A DNA stretch of 64,000 nt from Chiloscyllium plagiosum (Eukaryota). The DNA lies in contig NC_057719.1 of the NCBI RefSeq assembly GCF_004010195.1, forward strand, positions 60,163,051 to 60,227,050. Direction: 5' to 3'. A model generated the notes under the pieces. It had not been told where the DNA came from, did not search any database, and saw only the letters and a program-made list of their open reading frames with translations. Positions 23,461-36,586 of the stretch are shown here, piece after piece (position 1 is the first letter of the stretch; the number at the start of each line of letters is the position of its first letter). Position numbers and translations under genes: made by a program.

Positions 23461-26400
23461 TTTAAGGAACATAATTTAACTAACACTTCGAATTCGGGGT
23501 AACTGTGGAGTCAGGTCGGAATACTGAAGCCTGACAACAAAACTACATTCCATCTAAAACTTCATCATCACAATTAAGATGAGATGCAGTGGCCCCAGTT
23601 GTCGGGTCAGGTCTAACTGTCTACACACAATTCTGGCAGGAGTAGCAGTGAGGGTACATTAAGGCCTGCTGCCAGCATGCTTTCATTATTTTACAGAATT
23701 GCATGATAAATATTTGTTCCATTTAACTACACTCAAAATAAAATGCAGAAAAATGTTGGGCTTTTTGTGTGGTTTCCTGTAGTCTCTTTGAGGGCCATTG
23801 GTTAGGGGGTTCATACCTGGAAATAGTAACTGGAGCTTGCAACCCACAGTTTATAACAACCACCTCAATAAGGCAGTTTACAGTTGAATCTTTTGTAACT
23901 GTCTAAAAGACGCACATTAGTATACTTATACAACACAATTCACAGCAGCTCAGTTGGGAAATCTAGTTTAACATGCAATGGAATTTGAAGTAAGGAGTTG
24001 AATTTGTAGGTTACATAATACATTAATAAAATTTATTGTAAGAAACACAGTGGGGATGTTCAGTATAATAATATAACAGTATCCATTATAATGACTTCAG
24101 TATACTGTTTAGCATAGTATACATGCCAACTTTATTCATTTAAAAGCACTCTTGCCTCTGCAACAGCAGTTCGTGGGTCCATTCCAGAGATTTCAGCACA
24201 AAATCAGCAATACTGACTGTCAAAGGTGCCATCTTTTTCACAGAACATTAAACTAATGCCTTGTCTGCTATGTTTGACATCATATGTGCAATATATTTCT
24301 AAGGGGCATGCAGATGAACACATCATTGTATCAAGGCACATTACCTAATGTTATACAGCTGCCAGTCTCCATCTTACAGAGCTGTGTTCTCTTGCAGCAT
24401 GACATGCTGAGGAAATGTGCTGCAGTCTATCTAAATTGCTTAGCTTGAGCCCAGATATACAAGTACTTGTGACTCTAACATATATAGGCAGAAACCAGGT
24501 GCTGTAATAAATGTTTGCTTCATTCTTCAGTACTACATGACACACATACCATCCTTATGTTACAGGAGCTAACATAAGTATCACAGCGTGATTTTGGCAG
24601 ATCATCAGTTTATCATGTTTTACCAATTCATAGTGGCTTATCATGTCATGATGATAAGCACATTAGTAAGCACCAGTAACTGCTTATAAAAAAATGTCAC
24701 TGAAGGTCAACTAGCCATGGACTGTAAAGCATAGAGAGAACCAAACACAATAAGCTTATGTGAGTATAGATCTCCAATTTAAAATGCAAGTGTACTTTCT
24801 CTACACTTAAAGTCCAAGATGTATCAAGGCATAAGCTCTGTATTTCTGTTTCAAGAAACTAAAACAAAGTTTAAGCTGCTTCCCAACATAAAAGTTAAGA
24901 TACAGAAGTTGAAAAGCTTCTTGCAGAGTTAAAATTAACTTTGACAATCAAAGGATATTATCAGGATATTACAAACTCTCCTATTTGAAAATAGTGATTT
25001 TCAATGAAATGTGATTTTCTAGTCTACAGTAGCTTACCTGTACACAGTGGTTGGTGGGTTCTGCCGTTTTGTTTCCTCCAATTCTGCACCACAGCTGGTG
25101 TGACATCATCATTCCTCATTTGTTCGAAATTCCACTACTTGCTAGTACACATTTTTATTTTTTAAAAACACAGACTCACACTCTACAAGACTCTTAGAGA
25201 GGCTACAATCATGAAAAATAAAGTAAAATAGAAAGAACGAGAGGAAAAATAATCCAGCAAAAGAAAACAGTGAACAAGCCTTTCACTATACTTCAATAAA
25301 ATAAGAAGTCTGCACCAGACTAGCAACAAGAGATGGAAGGCAAGCTCAGTGTATTACAGCTATTGACATAACATATGAAGCTTCAATTCTCTGGTCAAAC
25401 CATAAATTATCTTGAGAGGCAGGCCCTTAAAATATTACTTGCTATCAGCAAGTATGGACTTCACCAAATAAAGATATTCTGTCTTTCTGAGGATTGTAAA
25501 ACAAATCTAGAGACAATCTGTAGAGTATTTGAAGACCAATTCAAGGCATGAATCAAATTCCAGGTTTATAGACTCCAGCTGAAGTCAGACACATAGAAAC
25601 CCCTTCAACAAAGGGCATGAGTGTGATTTCTCTGAAAAACTCACAGAGAGGCTAGTCAGGTTGGTAATTGCCACTATGCATATCAAGACCTTCTAGGCAA
25701 GAAAGAAGCTCTACCATTGCTACAAGATGGTTGCCAGGATGAATTCATAATGGCAGGCCAACATCAATTATATGCTTTGAACGCAGACACACTATTGCTG
25801 TAGTCAGCAAAGTGCACCAAACTAGCAAAATCTATCTTTGGTGTTGTCTGTTACACCATTCAGAATTTGTCCGACGCTTCCTCATATCTGGAGAACATGT
25901 GGTACTAAGGGACACTGGCCACACCTATAAATAATGTTTGGTTTGAAAGCAAAAGCAGACCCTGAAACTTGACTGATGTAGTGGGTGATACAACATCATA
26001 ACACTAGCAGCAGGGTAATCCAAAAATGTACATAAACGTCAATGATGTGAACAGCCAACAAATTGAAAAGCAACCTTTGGAAGATGACCAGGCTTTCATT
26101 TTGTCAGCTCATGAGTACTGTACAACCATCAGCACTGTCCCCAAAAGTCAGGTTAAAACATCTTGAAAGTCAAAATTGATATAGAAGCTGGTGCCACTAT
26201 ATTACTACTACACATTTTAAATGTCATGTACTCCAACAAACAATGCTCGAAAGTATGTCCTACAAAAGACAATTTCACAGCATACAATGGATCATAAATT
26301 CTGCGTTGTGATACAATCATATGACAGTGGCAATATGCAAGTTCAGTTTCGATTTACAAAATCTTCTATCTGATATATACCAATGGTTTGCACAGATCTC

Positions 26401-27176
26401 AACATTGTAACCATCCATGAGATTAAAATTACAGTTATGGATTTAATAGGCACAGAGCTCTCACCTTTCTGAGAAAGAGAAGAATGAAACAAATATAACA
26501 TCAGGGAGTTGATAGAGACCTACACATTTATGCACTAGATAGAGGATGCAAGTCAGAAATCCATTACAAATACCTGGACATCAGCAAATGTCTCTAAAGA
26601 TATGCAATCAGCACTCATCGTATGAAGCCAATAATGATCATGGAGCTATGTTACGAGGAAACAGAAGCCAGCTCAGAACATTGAACACTGCACCAATCAT
26701 AAACTCAGAGAGGTGAGGAACAAAACTCCAACAGCAGTGATACAGAGCAATAACAGCAATCTGCAAGACAAACCAAGCTGTCAGCCAAGAGCCACCGAGA
26801 ATAAAGCAAATCTTTCTAGATGGTTATATCATTGAAAGATTAGGGCAAGTTGTCAAGCCATCAAAGTGTAATAGCAAAATTTAAATTATTGATCCTGTCA
26901 ACCCTGTTTTTACATGTCTTTAAAGTTGTTGAATTGACAAAGAGTGCCTATGTACATCAATGTATACCTGTTACAGATTTCTTTTCTTTCGAAAAAAGGG
27001 GGTTCTTGTGTTATATCTTGCAGCACATATGTGGTGCACTTTAAGGGACATGCTTATGAACTCATCATTGTACTGAGGCATGTGACCTAATGATATAGCG
27101 CTCTCAGTCATGATCATACTGAGCTCTGAACTCTTACAGCATGACACAGTGAGGTAAGTGTGTTGCAATGCATGTA

Positions 27177-27684
27177 GTCATGATTTGGAGATGCCAGTGT
27201 TGGACTGGGGTGTACAAAGTTAAAAATCACACAACACCAGGTTATAGTCCAACAGGTTTAATTGGAAGCACACTAGCTTTCGGAGCGACGCTCCTTCATC
27301 AGGTAATAGTGGAGGGCTCAATCCTAACACAGAATTTATAGCAAAAATTTACAGTGTGATGTAACTGAAATTATACATTGAAAAATTGATTGTGTGTTAA
27401 GCCTTTCATCTGTTAGAATACAGTGATAGTTTCACTTCTTTCATGTGTAAATCACAAAACGTTTTTTTAAAAAGTTGCATTCTCGGGTTAGCTGTTAACA
27501 ATGGTGATAGCTAGACAATATGTTGAAGGTGTTGGCCCCCTGTGTTCTCTGTCTATGCCATGATGTTTAGATTGATTCTAATCTAAAAAGTGAGATAACA
27601 GAGTTATACATAAATTCATGCAGTTTTTGAGCTCAGAGTTCTATATGAATGCATGGAGTTTTTGAGCAAAGTACAATGTAACCC
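27177..27684 (-). mobile_element. Penelope-type pseudo-LTR/UTR insertion (family C) with minimal hammerhead, inserted in the Gypsy 3' LTR
   Basis: Perfect 13-bp TSD TGCAATGCATGTA (27164-27176, 27685-27697). Hammerhead motif at 27271-27305. A related decayed copy lies at 47300-47466. Confidence 0.8.
27271..27305 (-). ncRNA. Minimal type I hammerhead ribozyme motif (putative)
   Basis: Minus strand: uac CUGAUGA a GGAGC guc GCUCC GAAA GCUA gug. Intact core, 5-bp stem II, palindromic AGCU in place of stem III, short stem I. Confidence 0.7.
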
Positions 27685-27842
27685 TGCAATGCATGTAAAT
27701 TGCTTAGCCTGAGCCCAGACACACAATTGCCTGTAAATATAATGTACATACGAAGATTCCAGGTGCTGTAACAAAGACTTTTTTTGCATCCTTCAATCCT
27801 ACATGACATATATCTTGTCCTTATGTTACCGAAAGTATCGCA

Positions 27843-27964
27843 ATGATACGCTAATCATTAGCGTATCATGCTATATGATGTCACAATGGCATATCACGTT
27901 ACTGTCTGCCTTCTCTGGTGTATGTAAAGAAGACAGACAATGACATGATATGCCATTGTGACAT
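27843..27964. repeat. Two adjacent inverted repeats (13-bp perfect; 37-bp with 4 transitions)
   Basis: ATGATACGCTAAT-C-ATTAGCGTATCAT (27843-27869). Arms 27878-27914 / 27928-27964. Confidence 0.9.
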
Positions 27965-27974
27965 GACCATCACG

Positions 27975-28269
27975 TATTGGAATATTGCACACAGTTCTGG
28001 TTACCACACTACCAGACAGATGTGGATGCTTTGGAGAAGGTACAGAAAGGATTTACCAGGGTGTTGACTGGTATGAGGGATTTTAGCTATGAAGAAACTT
28101 TGGATAGAGTGGGTTTGCTTTCACTGAAACACAGATGGTTGAGGGGCGAAATAAAAGAAGTTTATAAGATTGTAAATGGCATGGATAGAGTGGAAAGTAT
28201 GAGTTTTTTCCAAGGGAGGAGAGGTCAATTACAAGGAACACAGGTTTGAGGTGCAAGGAGTTGGTGGCG

Positions 28270-28303
<34 letters not shown>

Positions 28304-28558
28304 AAGAGTTTCACAAAGAGATGTGCGAGGCATATTTTTCACACAAAGGGTGGTGGGGCCTGGTATGCACTGCCAGAGGTGGTAGTGGTAGCAGACACAA
28401 TAGCAGCATTCAAGAAGCACCTGGATGAACATATGAATGGGAGGGGAATAGAGGGATACAGATCCTGTAAGTGAAGACAGCTTTAGCATGGAAGAGCAAA
28501 ATGTGGCAGCGCAGGCTTGGAGGGCTGGAGGGCCTGTTCCTGTCCTGTATTGTTCTCT
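27975..28558 (+). mobile_element. CR1-clade LINE 3' fragment with internal (GT)n
   Basis: ORF 27977..28249 reads EYCTQFWLPHYQTDVDALEKVQKGFTRVL...WLRGEIKEVYKI, then ALPEVVVVADTIAAFKKHLDEHM. Confidence 0.9.
28272..28302. repeat. (GT)n microsatellite
   Basis: Direct reading. Confidence 0.95.
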
Positions 28559-31500
28559 GTAAGCCTGAAACAATACCTAAAATGTACTGCATGTTTGCTT
28601 ATTTCACCACTATTTGTGGAATCTTAATGGATGGAAATGAGCAGCCAAGCTTTCTACTGTGCAACAGTGATTAGATTTCAGATGCATTTGACTGCAAAAT
28701 ACATTCAGATTTCCAGAGACCATGAACAGCATTACATAAATCCAATTCTGCCTCTTAAGTTGCAGCAAGGAGCTTGCTGGGCCAGTCTATATATTTCTTA
28801 AGTGAAGCAGTTTAATGTAGTTTTCCTACATGATCCATAGTAAGAAGCTCTCTGAGTACCTTTGGTGTTATTACACTGTGCAATTCATAGAAAGGAGCTT
28901 GTTGGGCAGCTTACCAAATTTATACAACTTCATCATAAGGGGCTCAATGCTGGATTTAATTCAGCCACATAGCAGAATCGATAGTACTGAATTAAATGTA
29001 CTAATGTAATGAAATACAATTTATCATAAGGAGTTCAATGGGTTCAAATAAATTCCAAGGTTAATTTTACAACCTCATACTGCCAATGGAAACTAGTTGT
29101 TTCAGACAGAAGAAATACTTAGAATATGTGATTACCAAGTTGAATAAGTAGAAGTATTTGAAATTATCTTTGCCTATAACAAGTATCAGTAAAAGGGATG
29201 CTTTCATTTCTTACAGGGTGTTTCCATTAATGAGCTGACACCGTACAGAATATGGAATATCTTTTGCTGCACTGCACCAATGCAGCTTGTATGCAGAACT
29301 AAAATCTTATTATTCACCAAACTTATTTAATTTAAATTCAGAAAGCTTCTTTGACACTCCATAATATAACAAAATAATTGAAAAAAATCAATTTGGTGCT
29401 TCACCAAAGTAATACAATAATTTTTTTTAACTTGCAAATTCTCAACAAATTAAAGACCAGAGAGCAAGATCTGGGTTCTGCCAAGAATTAACAGAAACAG
29501 CTGCAATTTATTTTATATCCTGTTCACTGAAGCACTAATCTAATGTGAATACATCATGTAGAAACGGATGATCTTCTGACCCATACTACAATCGACCAAC
29601 TGCTGTAGCACATTCTGTCTTTTCAACTCCAACCATTACCTTAATTATATGTTACCATGTAACAAACCATTTATAATGAGCAACAGTTCTGTCAAATATG
29701 TGACAATCTGACCTTTACTGTCCTTGAAATAAGCTATGAGGTAATTTCAATCACAATGTTTTTTACACAGTGCCCCTCTTAACTACAGACTTAATCTTTC
29801 ATACATGTGCACATTTTGAATTATAAATAATGCAAATTAAAAAAGAAAAAGTTCCACATACCACACTAAAGTTATCCAGCAATAACTTTCAATGAAGATT
29901 GATAATTAAAATGATTTTTATTTAGCTATACTGGTTTCAAGCCTTGTAGCAGTGCTAACCGTCCTTTGAAATGTTTTAAGAGAGGGTAATGTTAAGAAAC
30001 CCACAATGGACAATAAATCATATACTGGGTTCAACAAGCTATTCCAGTTCAAAATTGGAAATGAGTGATAGTAAAATGCAATGTCAAGATTTGTGAAATA
30101 ATAAAAAGCAACTAACTGTAAAAGCTTCAATACCATGGAGGAACAAATATAAATATTGTAAAAACACGAAAAATGCTTCATATGCATGTGCACATTGTAT
30201 GCACGGTAATGTATTAGTTTTCCCTTAACCTTACAATGTTCATATCTTCTTTCTTAGGTTGTGAAGTATCTTGGGAAATTTTTCTATATTAAAGATGTTA
30301 TATAAACACAGAATATTGTTTTCATTATTGTTAAATGACAATTCTTTTTTTAAAATGCAAAAATCAAGGTCAGTATAATGAAGGTGCTGATTAAGAATTT
30401 GAGCCAATTGTTACCTATGGGGAGGATGAGTCATTGGCTGAGAGAAACAAGCAAATTCTTTTTCCTTCTTGTGGATTGGGAGAACCGCCCTTCTCTTTAG
30501 CTGGTAATTTTCTAAAGTTTGCAGATATTAAATAAAGCTCTTTTGAAGTTTTGCTGAATTATGTGTTACACATATTGAATGTGGCGAAAGTACCTGTAGA
30601 TAGGTTGACCAATAGATTTGATCCATTTAATTGTGTGCCATAAGAGAACACATTCCTAATAGCTTCCTGCTTGCCTTGTGGTAAAGGATCCTGTATTTCA
30701 CTGTGCAGCAGCTGAGCTGCAATTACTATTAATGTCAACTTGTGATGATTTCTGCAGTGACAGTCATTCAAAACGCAGCTTTCGAATGCTTGCCTTTTAA
30801 CATATATTTGAAATAGATTTCACTTCCTATGACTAAAGATGACAAACTGTAGAAATCTTTGCTTCAATCAAAATATGGACTTAATTTTGCCACGCTGTGG
30901 GAGTTCCATGTTAGGGCTATGTTTTGGCTGTGAGCACACTTGAAGGAGGAGTGTACCTTCCTGCTGAATATTAAAGGGGGTGGCCAATTAGCAGGTCATC
31001 TCCAGGTTTACCATCCAATTAGAGATGACGATTGAATTCTCAAAATGAGAGCTAATGACAGCACACTGAATGTAAAGGGGGCTACCAGCCCTAATTGTGT
31101 GACTGAGGCTGCTGAGTCTCAGGCAGCAGGAGCAGCAGGGGAGCACTGGAGTTGCTGTCAATGTCAGGAGATTGAGTAAAACCTCACGGTGATTGGAGAC
31201 ATAATCAAGACGTCATGCCATTTTCTGCCAGAAACATTTAAGTCTTCTTCAGATATAACACACAACCTTGACCTCCCAGTACACAGCCACCTTTGGCATT
31301 TGGCAGGATGTGGGCACAACAATGGGATCATGTGGCATTGGCAAAATTGCAGTTCTGTTACCATATTTGCTGTCAAGTAGCTCCTTGTTTAGCTTTTTTG
31401 CACTTCCACCACTACCAAGCACGTTGTAGCCACTATAACATGTCCATACTCCAGGACGTTTATGAGGAAGGCCTGAGTACAACAGGGAGCCAATCCAACA

Positions 31501-33909
31501 TTTTTTAGTATAATTTTCATATTATCTCTGAACCTGTCTCCACAGGGTTGGGAAAAATATTGCCCTTTATTTCCTAAGGCAATTATTCTTCGCTAACTGT
31601 ATATGAATAAAATATTTCCTAATGCTTTAAACATCAGATCATTTGTAATACTTTATAATAACCTTCTCATAAGGACATTTGATGTCATGCTTAGTACTTC
31701 AATCTGTGATGTTGGGACAGCCAACAAATTATATCACACTGTTATCTCTTTGCCATTTACATACAGTAATGCACTTTAAATCTGTTAACTGTGAATCTGC
31801 AAATGTCTATCAATGTGCCATGCTGGTGTAGCTACAAGGTGACACCTCTGTGGGAGGTAGATCACACATTGTGAGCAGTTGATCTTAATGGACTTGGTTG
31901 AAGAATGCAGCATCTCACAAAGACATGGCCAGTTTGACAACTGTCCGTCTGGCACTATGGACACTGGTCGAATGACTAATCAAATGGCAGGTATGTTGCC
32001 ATTCTGAGAGATCATGAGTTATACCTCTTCCGTGCTACCATCCCATCCCTGCATTAGATCAGAGTGCAGGCTTGATTGGACAACTTGGAATCCTGTATCG
32101 TGCTTTCCCTGGTGCAGCAAATATTGGAACCCAGAGATACAATGACAGCAGTCTGAGTTTCCAATGAATCTGTCAGAGATGCTATCCAAACTACAGTGTG
32201 TATAGGCGTTGTGCATGCTTCTTGGGTGACGACATTGTTTCCATGTACTTTTTGATGAGTTCACACAATCTGATGAGTTTCTCAATATTACCAAACATTG
32301 GAAGATACATTCAGATATTGCTGGTACATTGCTTTGTTCTACAGGTTGGGCTCTAGAACTTCCTGTGCCTTTGCAGTCTTTGATTATCTTATTCCCTAAC
32401 CTTGTTCCTGTACAGTCTCAGTGGAACACTACTTCATCTGAAAACAAGGAATGATTTTTGAAATAGTGCCTGAAATGTGAAGACCAAGTGACAGTTTGTC
32501 TTCAGGAGGGATGCCCTACTCTTTCCCTCCTTCATCTAGAACTGTTACTTGTGATATTTCCTGTGAACGAAAGAGAAACAACTGTAAGCAGTTCAAAGAG
32601 ACAGATGAGTGACAGCCTAAAGTAACATCAGTGTGTCAAGCAGAATGTGTGACAATTAAGAATTCAGTGAGACCAGGACATTAAATAGCTTAATATCTTC
32701 CCAGTATATCCTCCAGCCTCATTAGTTGCATGTATCCTTGTGCATTCTCTGTCCCAGGAACTCCAGTATTGCAACTTCCAATGGGTCCAGTGCTTTGGAG
32801 GGATGATGGTTCATAGTTCTAAATTTTTCCCACAAGGAGGGAGTATGCTAACATGTGGTCCCTTTGAAAGATTGTGATAATGTGCATGTCAGCATAGAAT
32901 AGTGTGAATTTTACCAAAAGTGTCAGGAATAAATTGGGAAACAGGGACAGGTGCAAGTAGTAGCAGAGTGAAATTCAGTGAACTGTTCTGCTGTGATTGG
33001 AAAAGAGCAATGTGAAACCGGAAAGTATGGTTTTTAAGTACTTAAGCTACAAGTGGCATAGATCTAAGCAGAGGGCTACAGCAATGAAGTAGGAGACTTA
33101 CCTTATCAGCTCTGGTCAGACCACTGAATTTCTTGTATTACAGTCAGAATCTGTTCGTTTCTCACTGAATATGAATCTGCCTTGCCAGCTCTGGTTACTG
33201 TTTCTGGGCTTTTTGATTTGACTCTCTCTCTCCTCCCATTTCCTGAAATAAAATCAGCTCCCTTTTGCTAGTCACCTCCTCCACAAGGATGTCCTAATGA
33301 GTCTCTGAAAATCTTGAGAATCTTCCAGAAAGTGCTGTAGCAATTATGATCTCCCTTCAATGAGTGAAATCTATGATTAATCAATACCAATGTGGTTTTG
33401 CTTTCAGGACCAGAAGCTGTATTCAGTGTTTTTTTTTTGTTTTTGCAAATTGCTGCTTTTACCCATCTGTGAGATAAAAACATTTCACACTTTAAATCTT
33501 CTGATTTCAGAAATCGCAGGCAAAACCTTTAAATGCCTTAAGTCGCACCATAGTTACAGGTGCATCTGCAAAACGTTTGATGCGGCCCATTCTAATTCAA
33601 ATCCACGCTGATTTTAAAAAAACAATTTCTATTGAAATAGAAAATCTTAACATATTTAAACATCCTAGCTACTTCACAACAGAGTTATCAAAGATAAGCT
33701 GATACAGAGCTGTTCACCAATTAATGAGCTGGCCAGCAGTAGAACTGGTATTTTGACAACTACAATCAAATCACACACAAACAACAAGATGGCTGATGGC
33801 TCTCACTCATGTCATTAGCTATGTGTATTGATCATTATATGTACATTTTATGACTATCATTTTTCAGAATCATTATAAAACATGCTTACTTACAGAGCAC
33901 CATAATTTC

Positions 33910-34800
33910 AGAGAATCACAGAATCATTGAATGAGGCCACTCTGCCTATAATGATGGCTTACTGGCATTAAGACCTTGTGCCATCCTCCTGCCTTTTCCA
34001 ATTACCCTTATGTATTGTATTTATTCAAATAATGTCCCAATGTCCTCTTGAATACCTCAATTAAACCTAGCTTAACCACACTTCATGGTAGTGCATTCCA
34101 GACCTGAAAATGTTGTTGTGTGAAGAAGTTTTTCTCACATCACATTTACTATTTTTATACGTCCCTTTAAATCTATGCTCTCTCATTCTTGATCCTTTTA
34201 CAGGCAGGAACAATTTCTCCATATCTACTCTATTAGCATTTCTCATGATTTTTAAAACGTCCATCAGATCTCTTCTTCGTCTTTTTCAGTCCAAGAAGAA
34301 GAATCATAACCTCTCCAATCTATTAACATAACTGAAGTTCCTCAGCCCTGGAATCAAATTATAAGTTTCTTCTGCACAGTCTCTCACATTCTTCTGATAA
34401 TGTAGTGCCCTGCACTATATAAAGTACTCCAGCTGAGGTCGAGTAAGAAACTTGAATAAGTTCAGCATCATCTCCTTGCTGTTGCACAATATGCCCCCTA
34501 TTATTAAAGAATACTTTATTCACTACTTTCTCCACCTAGAGTGATTTATGCATATGCATGTATACTCCTCTGCTCCTGCATCCCCTCAGATATTGCACTA
34601 CCTATTTTACATAGTTTGTCCACATCCATCCTACCAAAATGTCCCTATCACCTCACATTTTACCACTTGAACCTCATCTGCCACCTATCTGCTCACTTCA
34701 TCAAGTTGTCTATATTCCAAATTTTACATGTCCTCCTCAGTTTACAATCCTTTCAAATTTCATATTGTCTTTGAACTTTGAAATTATTCCATGCATACTG
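33910..34800 (-). mobile_element. Decayed CR1-clade LINE 3' fragment
   Basis: ORF 34067..34264 reads DVLKIMRNANRVDMEKLFLPVKGSRMREHRFK, plus a CR1-type tail at ~33910. Confidence 0.85.
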
Positions 34801-36586
34801 ATATCTTAGTTATTAAAATATAAACTTGTAATCAATTTTAACTTACGTACTGAGCTTGATATTCATGCCTGCGTCCACACTGAAATGGAATGTGGGAGAT
34901 TTGAAAATGATTCAGCTTTGATTCCTGCCCCACTCCCATTGTGTCAGATGTTATGGCCCCAAAATTAGAATGTAGGTAATAAGTCTGCACACAGCAGTTA
35001 AACACATGCCTATTCTTCTGTTCGGATAAGCATTTTAGATTACTTGCTATTTCCGTGGAGTTGGGCCCATTTTGATAGGAGGCATGATTCACGACACGTC
35101 AGATGAATCATGTGGGGAATATAGCTGAGAATCTTTTGACAGCTAGCTTCAAAAGGTGCCGACAACTTTACATCATGATGTAATGCTGTATGATTCACTG
35201 CAAAATGTTTTTAATTCAATGATTAATGATAGGGCTGTTGTCTTCAAATATAAGTGACCATTAAGTTGACCAGCACAGTGTTCTGCGACAGTAGAGTTTC
35301 TATCTAGTGAATAAATATACTCTTTTGTGTTAAACTGTACTGAGATTAAGATTTTAATATGGTAATTTCATTTTGTGATTTAATCTTCTCGTTCATTCAA
35401 GACCGGCCACCTGTGTTGTCTTCTGAACTAGTGCAGTGGATTAGCATCTTTGGAATATGAATATTTGGCTGAATAAAGGTTGCTTGTGGAACCTTCAAGG
35501 GGACTGAGGCTTTATTTTGATTGACAGTTTTATAAGCTCCCAAGAAAATTAAGGTTGGTTTTTAATAGATTTTTGAATGACTATTTGTTTGTTTTAATAG
35601 TTTCAATAGAATCGCAAAGATGTCCCAATGTTATTATAGAGCCCAAGAATTTTGTCCATTTTGGATATTGGGGATGAGGGTTATGAAGTGTCATGGTGGA
35701 TAAGAGTGGGCATAAGCAGAAAGTGGAATGGGAGGGTGGGCAGGAATAAGGGCTAATGCATCTAATATTCATTTGCAGAACTGGGAAGATGTCACAGTTA
35801 ATATTGGACTTCCTAATATGTTACTTTGCCATTCACCCCTGTCTCAGGCCAACTTTGGTAGGCAATGGCCCCAACTCCAGTTGTTCGCAACACTTTGCAA
35901 GGCACTGATGGGCAAGAGACTGGAATGAGCTTCAGAAAATTCCCTGACTTGTGATTCCCACCTCGAGGATGAAAATCTGGGCCAGTGTATCAGATTTGCA
36001 ATTCAGTTTATTTATAGTTATGCTGATCGCATCCTTTCTTAGAAAATGAAACATTAAGCCAAACACTACCACGCTTCTCCATAAGTATATATGTACATAG
36101 GACATATCATTATGCTATTATCTAGATATTCATCAAAGTGTACATATAGCCAGTATAAAAGCATACTTCCTGTTAAAATTGACTAATGAATATGTACTAT
36201 TAGGTTACGAATGTATGGTTAATAAAGTCTTAGGTCATAACCTTAACCAAAGGAAGGAAACCAATTCACGCAGCATTGATTTTGTATCACGATGTGCATA
36301 TCACTTTTAGAAAGCACATCTTAAATTTCTATCAATCATGACATACCTTGAAGTAGTTCCATGACTAATTGGTAGTGTAAAATAGCAGTGATAGGAGTGA
36401 GGTGTACTGTGTTTAGCTCCCAGTGACCATCATGTACAGTTTCATTGTCAAATAAAACCCCACATTATGTTTCACCCATTCTTGAGCATGACTGGGGTAT
36501 CTACATCAAACAGAACAACATTACAGCCTTTGGCTAACCTACACTGGCTCCTGTTCCTGTAACACCTTAATTTTACAACCATCATT

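Larger units (their letters stand above)
24270..27902 (+). mobile_element. Old, internally deleted Ty3/Gypsy-type LTR retrotransposon (two LTRs, gag knuckle, protease, PPT)
   Basis: 5' LTR (~24270-25093) aligns with 3' LTR (~27007-27902, interrupted), e.g. AAATTGCTTAGC(T/C)TGAGCCCAGA and CCAGGTGCTGTAA. PBS-like TGGTGTGAC at ~25096. CPTLPHIWRTCGTKGHW knuckle at ~25868-25920. LKVKIDIEAGATIL (decayed DTGA protease) at 26163-26204. PPT GAAAAAAGGGGG at 26991-27002. Confidence 0.75.

Noticed and set aside
29200..29330. Acceptor-like TTTCATTTCTTACAG followed by an open frame (GVSINELTPYRIW...)
   Set aside because: No convincing donor and no recognisable protein similarity.
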